DNA of 64,000 nucleotides, taken from positions 49,104,001-49,168,000 of the forward strand of contig OZ231126.1 in NCBI GenBank assembly GCA_965153355.1, read 5' to 3'. The position numbers and the translations under genes were made by a program. The DNA comes from Flaccisagitta enflata. Lineage: Eukaryota. Position 1 is the first letter of the stretch. The number at the start of each line of letters is the position of its first letter. Positions 54,425-64,000 of this stretch are shown here, one piece after another. The notes under the pieces were generated by a model. The model worked only from the letters and a program-made list of their open reading frames with translations, was not told the DNA's origin and ran no database searches.

Positions 54425-54904
54425 TACAAAGAATGCTACAGAGCTTAAATAAAGAAAAGATAAAATGGTAGGATTATACAGACTGAATGAATAGATTTTA
54501 GAAAAATTTCATTAATGCTTCTCATTTTATTATTCCGTGACTTTCCGTCATCTGATGAAATAGTTCACCTTTAGCACAAGGGATTTTTCTTGAATGGCCC
54601 GAAAATTTTACCTTAAAAGTTGAGTCGCTACTAAAGCAATTTGTTAGGGGTATTTCAACATTACAAAGGCCTGAATAATATCTTGCCCTTTGAAGGCGGG
54701 GCACCGTTAAAGGCGCTGTCATGGAGGCGGGGTTCCATCTGTCATTCTCATCGTCAATTTCTCATCATTTCTCATCACAGACTTGATAAATACAGTATGA
54801 TGGTTTTCGTTTGCAACATTTCACGATGATGTAATTCAAAAAGTTTACAAAATACTTAAATTCTAAAAAAAGTTTCAGGAAGATCATGTAATTACATTTC
54901 ATAA

Positions 54905-55137
54905 TACCATCTAGCTCATAAATATACGGACACTTAAAAATAAGCATCAACTTTGGAGAAGTGCTGCGCTTAAACAAATTGAGTTTTTGGCCTCAGATTA
55001 GGCCCATTTCAAAGAGTTGTTTAAAAACTTTCAAATGCGACCAATCTGGGGTCAGTAACTTAATTTGTTTAGGCGCAGCATCTTTCTAAAGTTGATGCTT
55101 ATTTTCAGGTGTCCGTATATTTATGAGCTAGGTAGTA
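54905..55137. mobile_element. Palindromic TA-flanked MITE present only in arm B
   Basis: TA-ccatctagctcataaatatacggacac ... gtgtccgtatatttatgagctaggtag-TA; absent at the matching site near 42450. Confidence 0.88.
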
Positions 55138-55658
55138 TGTAACTCCCATAATTTTTTTATAGAAATTTAACCTTCCTTATGCTCGAGGAACTTTTAAACA
55201 AACCTTGAGTATTAGGCAATTTCATCATAAGATATTTGGATAGTTTTTCTTAAAATTGCTCTCATTTCCAAACAGTTTGAGCAACAGATGCCAGATTGGT
55301 CTAAAATGAAATATAATTTGATGTGGATTTAGAAAATAAAAAGAAAAAAATATTTCTTTGAAAAAAAAACTATTAAAAATAATGCAATAATTTGGATTTT
55401 CAATGAAATTTTGCTTTTTACTTTTTCATATCTCAGAGGGTTTCAATTTTTCCAAAAAAAATCTAGGAGTTAAACATCATAAAATATGATTTTATCTTTT
55501 TTCATGAACTTTTTTCAGAATTCAATTATCTTAATAACTTTTTGAGTTACATCGTCATGAAATGTTTCAAACGAATCATACTGTATCTTCAAAACTCTAC
55601 TGATTCTAATGAATTGACGTCTTAATACTCCTAACCTCTTCCTCACGAATTCTGTCAG

Positions 55659-55862
55659 GTTTGTCCAATTTGCGCGTCGATGCCTTGGGGCGATCCTTCG
55701 ATGTTGAGCTCCAACTTTTTGCAGCATTTAAACTTGCGGCATCGCTTCGAGTACGACACGTTTGTCGACTACGAACAGGACGATGACGAAATGTTGCGTC
55801 GCGCCATCGAGGCTTCGTTGACCATCGAGGATGACGCCGACAGCGCCGCAGACGCCACTTGA
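55659..55862 (+). pseudogene. RNF166: Orphan duplicate of the RNF166-like terminal exon (or alternative-haplotype copy)
   Basis: Same peptide as 41724-41927 with an intact acceptor; exons 1-3 are not seen on this strand between the gap and the exon. Confidence 0.7.
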
Positions 55863-58800
55863 GATAATCATGATCGGCGGCGATACTTCATTCCCCTGAA
55901 AAAGCCTGTATCAGCGTCGAATCCTTCTTAGACTTATCAGTCAACGTGTGCGCCAGTTAACCATTACAAAAGCGTAACAGTGCCGATACCGACATCGATT
56001 TTGGCGTCAATGTCAACGCCGTTACCGAAGCTGACGTCCCTGCCGTCTCCGACGTTTATGTCGGTGTTCATCTCGACGCCGCTGCCGACGTTAGTGCCGA
56101 TGCCGACGCTGCCACTGATTAAGAGGAAGACAATATTAACATCTTCGTCGGAGCACCGCCGATGCACCGCCGATGCTACAAAATATCTTTTCATTTCATG
56201 TTTTTTTATTTCGTCGACACCGACTTCTGAAAAAAGAACACTTCTTTTTCCCGATACAACCGATACAAGGATGCGAGATGATTACAGTAACGCCGATGCC
56301 GCTCAAAGATCATCAGTGCGATGACGCTGATGACGATAACGACAAGACTGAAAAAAAGAAAGATTTTTATGTCCACCTCGACGCGACTTGAATAAAGAAA
56401 TTCATATTCCTCGGCCCCCTCTACGCGTTTTAAGAGCACGCACGCTTAAAACCCATTAAAAAAGGAAAGCCTCCCCTTACTCAACTTTCTCCACGAACTC
56501 TAGAACTGAAAACTATGGCTTTAGTGATCAGTAATCACCTCTCCCTCATCGTTTACATACAGAGTAATGTCGTTTATGACGTCTCTGCTGACAACATGTC
56601 CATCCGTTTCAGTGTCCCTGTCGCTGTCGTTAGTAAACGGGGGGGGGGGGTGAAGGAGAGAACGCGTTAATAACCGTAAATTCCACTTCCATAATCCATA
56701 TTTTTGTGACTGTCCCATATTCTTCTCTTAAAGGTGTAGTGGTAAAGTGAACAAATGAGTAAAAAAAGTAAAGTGCGTCTCTTAGAAACCGACTCATAAA
56801 CGACCGGACGACGAACCACATTGTTGTTGTTGTTGTTGTTGTTGCTGTTTTTTTGTTTTGTTTAAAATTTCGTCTTGTTGTTGTTCATTTGCTTCATTAT
56901 AGCCACAGCCCCCCAGAGCATGACACTACTAGTGTCACTAGTTGACCTGAAATAATCGGCACCAACTTGAGTGGTTTCATGAACCTGATGGTGCATAAAA
57001 CACATATCTGAAAGAATTTCTTTCAAAGAAATGAAATATTTTAAAAGGGTGCTTTTTAAGATATTCAAAAAAATAATGCTATTTTACTGCATTTTTTACC
57101 ATAACTCTTTCTGATTTGTTTTTTCAGTGAATTTTAGTGCAGATTTGATCTCAAATGATAGTTCCCAGTATGTTTGATATGTCACACTATATACTTTTGC
57201 AAAAGAAATAAAAAGTTTTTATTTGTGTGTTACCTAACTTTTTGGTTGGTCCATTGGTCGGTCAGTTGGTCCGTTGGTTAGTTGGTCCGTCACAAAACTG
57301 TTTAAAAGGCGTTTTACACAAAATAAAGACATTTTAGATGTTTTTGAATGTTTTCAAGGCATTTGTAAACCTCTATGAGCCACTTTTTGGTTGGTCAGTT
57401 GGTTGGTCCGTCTGTCTATCTGTCTCAAAGTTATTAAAAGGGTGTTTCAGCCAATTTAAAGACATTTTAGATGTTTTTATGTCATTTGTATACCTCTATA
57501 AGCCACTTTTTGGTCCGTCTGTCATCCATCCATCCGTCTGTCCTCTATCCGTCCGTCTGTCCATCAATTTGTCACAAAGTTGTTCTAAAGGCTTTTTTAT
57601 TGCTAGTTCTAAGGTCTTTTTTAATGTTTTAGTCTGTTCATCTGTCTGCCTGATTTTTCTGAAAGTGCCGATGCACACGACTTAGGTCTAATGACCTTGT
57701 TTTTTGGTCATATTACTACATAATACAATATCAAATTGGTAGAATTAACTTTTTATTTCTTTTGCAAAAGTATATAGTGTGACATGTCAGACAAACCGGA
57801 AACCACTATTTGAGATCAGATCTGCGCTCAACATTAGTGAAAAACTCGATCATAAATTGTTATGATAAAAAATGTGACAAAATAGTACTTTTTTTTGAAT
57901 ATCTCAAAAAGCGCCCCAAAACAGATTTCATTTTTTTTAGAAATTTGTTATATGTACCATCAGGGTCCTGAAACCATCCAAGTTTGTGCCGATCATTTTA
58001 GGTCAACTAGCGACACGCTCTGGGCGGCTGTGTAGCTGATGTTTTCGTCCGTCATTTAACTGCCTTTGATGTAAATTGATTTTGACCTCTTATGTCCTTT
58101 TTGCCACCATTTGTTTTCCCTCTTGCTCCTCCGTTAAATGGGCTCAAAGCTATGGAGCGCTTACCATACACTGCTTGAATTTTTTTCATCATCATAAATT
58201 TGAGCTGACTTTATTGATCATTTCTAATGGCGTACATTAGATGATTTGCTTGAGTTCACCGACATTCTGACTGAATTCTGTCTAAATTAAGTCATTGCTC
58301 AAAGTAAGACGACAGTTTTTCGCATTTATCGTTTTTGTCATGTAAAAAACTACAAATTGCTCTTAAAAATTAAGTTTTTACTTTCCTTTCTATTGGGAGG
58401 ACTGATTTATCAGAGCATAACTACTGATCGACCGTCTATGACTTCAACGGCATTATTCCATTAGTGTCTAGTCACTCTAGTGTGTGCCATAACCGAGATT
58501 CGGGTTTTTTTTCAAGGCTTGACGGCGTTAAGCGGTTTTTGGTCGCTTGCTAAGCGATTCTATGATTATTTTGAGAGGCCGCGTACGTCCATTCGTTGTT
58601 CTGTTTCGTATTTCTACCCCGCCTCCCGTCCACGACTGGACCATGTTGTCGGCCTTTTGTAACCAGCCAGATCATTCGCGGTAGCAAATTTTATTCAGAT
58701 TTAGATTGTCATTGCTATCCCCTAGAGTTTGAGCTATGACATTTTATTTGTAATAACTGCTTTTGACGTTGAATGAAGAAGAGGGGGAAAAAGTCGATGA

Positions 58801-60060
58801 GAGTTCATGAATAATTATTCTCATAATTTCTAGGATGTTGAATGGCTGAGCCAGTTTACCCAATAGGCTTGAAAGACACGGTACAGCTTTCCATTTTATA
58901 GAAAAAAAGGTGGTGGTACCCGTTTCCCTTGAAGTTGGTGTATGAAGGGATGTAATAGTAACAGGTCGCTCAAGCGTCCAAAAGGGGCAGCGTCCCCTAA
59001 AAAGCAAATGACCTAATGACCTATACAAGGCTGTGATTTAATCTTTCAACTGAGTTAAGATCCCAAAGGCTGGGATTTTAGCCTCAAGGTGGGGAATAGA
59101 GCCTTACTGTAGGGGTTTGAGCTTCGAGGCTATGATTTGAGCCACAAAGGTGGAATTTGAGCTTTGAGGCTGAGATTTGGGTCTCAACGCTAAGATTTGA
59201 GCCGCAAGGCTGAAATTTGATTTGAGCGTAAGGACGGAAATTTGAGTCATTGGCTCTTATGGGGCTGCTACCCAAAAATAGTAAAAGAAAATAAAAACAG
59301 AAAAAAAAAGTATCATGTTTCAGTTAGTGAATGATATAGATGTATATGTATCTGTATCTATTTGACCAAATTTGTTTTTTTTTTTTTTTTGAAATATGAA
59401 GTAGTGTGGTTAAAACTGTGGTTATAGAAGAGGATTAAGGACTAGGGGGTCCTCGCGGTTCTTGTCAAGCCTAGGGACCCACTTTTCATCAAACCGGCTC
59501 AGAGTAGCGGAATACCGGAAATGATTCAGTGAAACGAGTCGGCGAGAATTATACGACGTTCATCAATTTTCCCTTACTGGAATACGGCTATTTGTTCCCA
59601 ACTTGCTGGTTCTTTTTTTTTCCAAAAGATAGAATCTGTTTAGGTCAATCCAATTCAACGGATTTGTCCGATGGTTTGTTTAACTGTATCAGTGTGCTAG
59701 ACGGAAAGATTTGCCTGCGGACACGAACATGTACAAGGTGACATGGGCACTTGTCAAGCGACTCTATGGAATGACGCAAAATCGGCCATTATGGTGGTTT
59801 TTAGTACATCACTGCCGCTGTACTGCCCAACCGTAAGCGACTTCTTAAATTGGTCGTTTCCATATTCAAATGTCAGATCATAATTGAATGTGCGTGTAAT
59901 TATTTGTAATTCAAGATTTGATACCCCCCCCTCCCCCGATTTCCCACAAAATGTATGTTCAATGGGCGGCGCATACGTAGTGCTAGCGTGGAATTGATGC
60001 ATATACGGACAAAATCAACCAAATCTTTCGCCGTCAACGACTCCGGCGGTAATATATATT

Positions 60061-60260
60061 TTTAGTCGCGTGCACGCGACTCTACAACCCGCTTTGTCCG
60101 TCAGTCCGTCCGACGGTTGGTCCATCTGTCAGTAACACTTAGTCGGCGTTTAAGGGCGGTTTTGGGGTTAAAGCTCCTGCCCACCTGCCTAGCTGGTTTA
60201 TTTCTTCACTGCCCTTGCCCATCGCACGCGACTTGGTATAGCCGTGTACCCGGCCTTGTT
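60061..60260 (+). mobile_element. Helentron/DINE-1-like non-autonomous element (reference copy of an abundant family)
   Basis: T-run, palindrome AGTCGCGTGCACGCGACT, (GTCC/GTCG)n, subterminal gcacgcgact, 3' hairpin gccgtgtacccggc, cttgtt. Other copies at about 1140-1300, 2680-2826, 15025-15630, 31549-31727, 33476-33672, 37311-37512, 44685-46247, 47693-47870, 48340-48563, 50870-51018, 63000-63250, 63605-63815. Confidence 0.7.
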
Positions 60261-60480
60261 CTTTTGTTGCGTCGCATTTGTTGAAATGAAGATTATTAAA
60301 ATTAAGGCTCATGCCACCATTTGTTGTTTATCGTCAAATTTAAACTATTTATATAATATTGTAGCACATTTATTACTCTTTGAAAACTTGTGCGATATTA
60401 AACATGGTGGCTACCCGAGGAACGTTTTATTGCCTGTCATCTATGTGGTCCTCTGGTTCTCTCTCCCGGTCTCTTTCTGT

Positions 60481-60539
<59 letters not shown>

Positions 60540-61343
60540 TGTCCCTCTCCTTATCTCTTCCCCTATCCCTCCTGCCCCAATCTCTCTTCCCATTTTCCTC
60601 ATGAACGTGCGCGCGTTCCCCACCACGATTTCCTCTGGAACCTCTTGTCTTGAGAATGGAATTTCTTTTCTTCTTTTTTTCGCTCTCAGCATGATGAAAT
60701 GATGACTTGTTCCGCGAATCGACTCACAAATAAACAGATTGAACATAATGATACAATTGTTTAAGCTCATTGAATAAGATCACCAAAAAATCGAATGAAA
60801 GTTATGAAATACGAATTGTTAAATGCCAATTGAGTTGGCCGTGTTACTACACATCCGAAAAATAAATCAAGCGACGCGTGAATCATGTGTGAAATTGTAA
60901 TGGTTGTTACGCAAACGAGGCAAGCAGTAAGTTAGACAATCTAGTAGTTATATATATTCTACAACTACATAAAATGATTATTCCGAATTGAGTTGAGGAA
61001 GGACGGTTATATGACTACATAAATAGCACTGTTTCGTCTGTCCGTCTGTTATTTGTTTGCTTGTTTGTTTTCTTTTTTTTTCATTCTTCAGTGGTCCCTC
61101 GATGGTCGGTAGCTTTTGGTTGAATTGATACCCCCTTTTTTTCTTCTCAAATTGTTCTGCAACGTGTTTTTCCTTCTTTTTCTTTTTCTGGCCTCGGATT
61201 TTGTTTTCCCATCGCCGGCGGTGAACCGGTGGCGCCGCCTTAGGCCGTTTAGCGGAAAACTCTGGCTTTGAGACCCGTGACGGCGAAATAAACGTCGTCG
61301 CGGGGAGTGTTGAAGGAAATCTTCCATTCCAAAGCTGTGGAAA

Positions 61344-61422
<79 letters not shown>

Positions 61423-61508
61423 TGGGTTTGGGTGGAGGAAAAACAAAACAGGATTACACAAAAAAAAGAGGACGAGAGAGAGAACACAAGAACCAAATTT
61501 TGAGTAAA

Positions 61509-61596
<88 letters not shown>

Positions 61597-63478
61597 AGAG
61601 AGAGAGGGAGTTCTCCAAGAAGGAGAAAACAAAAAGAAAGTGAGTTGAGTTTATCCCCAAATATCTCCTGGGACCGTTTTATCCATCAGAAAGAGGAAAG
61701 AGGGAGAAAATGGGCCAAGTCCAGTTTAATCAATCTTGATGGGACGTGGGTCACGTGATAGAATGGAAAAAGATCACGTGATCAAAGGATGACCAGTTGT
61801 CACGTGATCAACTGTAAATGAATCACACGATGAATTTGGAATAGGGCACAAAAGACTTAAAAGAGAAGGTCAGTTATTGAATGATGAATACAGTAACATT
61901 TGGTCAGTTATGAGATGATGAATACAGTAAATGAATAGTGTGATGAATTTAAAAATTGATCATCAAGAGATGATCAGCAGTCTGACGAAAAGTAGTGAAT
62001 GAATTACGTGATGAATTGACAATGGATCCCGTTCCGGAATTGATAATGGATAATGGATCTCGTCATGAAAAGATAGACCCCGTGGATGTCGGGGGTTGGG
62101 ACGCGCGTATGCGTGACGTGTTTACAAGCTCTTTTTATGAATTCGGAAAAACATTAAATGAGTGGTCAAGTTATGTGGAAAATTATCTTTTTCATAGCTT
62201 TACTTGGAAGTAGCTGACTTAAACAGTTTACCATTTTTTGAAAAATTTATCTAAAATGCTGAGATTGGTCTCAAATGAGAGATAATTGTACATAGATTGT
62301 ACATCTGCTTTGAAATATTGGAAATTTTTGATAATTAATGACTTTGTTGATGATTTTGGTCAAACATTGTCAAAATCAAAAGTGGAAATCTTGAAAAAAA
62401 TCAATGAAAATCATAAAGATTTTTAAAATTTTCAAATTTTTTGGGTGATCAAAAATCTATAAAAGATTATTATGATATAAAATCAGTCGCAGGGTTTTTA
62501 TTCAATTTGTTGAAAAATGCCAAGCAGTTAAAGACAACTACTTCCAAATACAGTAAAAAGTAAAAAACAAAGAAAAGACATGATCAGAACTCACTTGTGT
62601 ATTTCAAAGAAATGTGGTCCCTAAACAAATGGTCTAATTGACCTGAAATTTTGCGTGCAAAAAGTGCAGACCAGATTTTTTTAGATCTCTTTTCAGAAAT
62701 TGGTTTGAGGACCTAGAAGCACAGATATGTTGATTCTGTATGTTACAACTGCCAAGGGACACCCTATAGTGTGAGGTACGCTGTCCCATTCACACTAAAG
62801 TATCTTAAAATGCCCTGTTAAGATAAAAATCCCGTCACACATCAAAAGATTGACGCAAACAAATTGACTGAGGACTGAAAACAAGCTACAACCTTCGTCA
62901 ACAAGATAGAACAATTTCAAAAATCATAGTAGGAAATAATTCTAGAGCAAATTTGTTATACTTCATCCCGGTGCAAAATTCAGGATCACCTAGTTTGGTT
63001 TTTAGTTGCGGACACGCAACTCTATAAGAGGCTATGACCGTCCGTTGGTCAGTCAGTCCGTCCGTCCGTCCATTTGTCCGTCCGTCACGCTCAAGTTGAA
63101 AATGCAAAAAAACATGTATTTATGACACTGCAGTTGTTATTGTATGTGTTTTAGGTCTGTCAGTGTGTGGCAGAGGTTATTGGGGTGAGGCAGGGGTATG
63201 AATGCCCCTGCCCACTGGTCCGCAACAATATTGTGACCCTGCGTCACTTGTTACAACATGCAAGTATTTTTTGTGCATGTTTTTTCTTTTGCCCATCATT
63301 TTTAAGGTGCGACAATGCACCTCTATAACTGGCTGTGTCCGTTGGTTGGTTTGTCGGTCAGATAACGCATTTGTTCGACGATCCACACGTTGCACCTTAT
63401 TGGCCAACTTGGCCTTGTTTGTTTTACGATGGACTTAAGAAGACAGAAATTGGTGGAGCCAAAGGATTTTGAGCCTCG

Positions 63479-63560
<82 letters not shown>

Positions 63561-64000
63561 AACAAACAGACAAATAAACAAACACACATACACACACATA
63601 CACACGTGGTCACCACATTGTTGCGGACGGGTGGGCAGGGGCGTCCAACCCTTATCCACACTCAAATCCCCAACTCCACACACAAACATTCACAAAAAGC
63701 TCGTTTTTCTACTCTTCAACTCAATCACCATGGACCAACAGACCAACGGACCAACGGACCAATGGACCAACGAACGGACAAAGCCGCTTATAGAGTTTGT
63801 GTCCGCAACTAAAAAGAATATGGGCGCGTTCCTGAGTCACTGATAACTGTATCTTAACAGGCCATTCGCTATGATTGATTGCTCGCATCGCTCACCCCGC
63901 TCACTCGATCCGTGGTGATCCGCTTTGCTACACTCGCTTCACTCGCTGGCTAAGTTCAGGGGCTCGCTCACTCACTTCGCTCACTCCCATGAGGGATGGT

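Noticed and set aside
59527..59741. Possible small exons (VKRVGENYTTF..., GQSNSTDLSDG...)
   Set aside because: Weak donors, a stop codon in the arm-A copy and mostly non-synonymous differences.

Overview
Repeat-dense, AT-rich animal (probably invertebrate) genomic DNA with a 10-N scaffold gap at 51469-51478 and stretches that look indel-noisy (about 7.3-14.3 kb and 48.9-49.4 kb). Main contents: (1) a 4-exon RNF166-like RING/zinc-finger/UIM E3 ligase gene on the minus strand (50574 to 41724); (2) a near full-length two-ORF non-LTR retrotransposon (gag-like ORF1 25473-27233; APE-RT ORF2 27230-30163 with one in-frame TAA); (3) a large inverted duplication (about 32755-43100 vs 54326-62145) that carries only the last RNF166 exon and shows several insertion/empty-site pairs; (4) exons of a cysteine-rich gene (+, clean at 14591-15825, degraded upstream) and of an unrecognised gene (-, 17597-23018); (5) many non-autonomous mobile elements: Helentron/DINE-1-like elements with variable central tandem arrays, TA-flanked MITEs, foldback elements and a Tc1 transposase relic; (6) many micro- and minisatellites, which explain most ORFs in the supplied track. 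I saw no rRNA, tRNA or CRISPR array. All calls come from reading the sequence; no database search was run.
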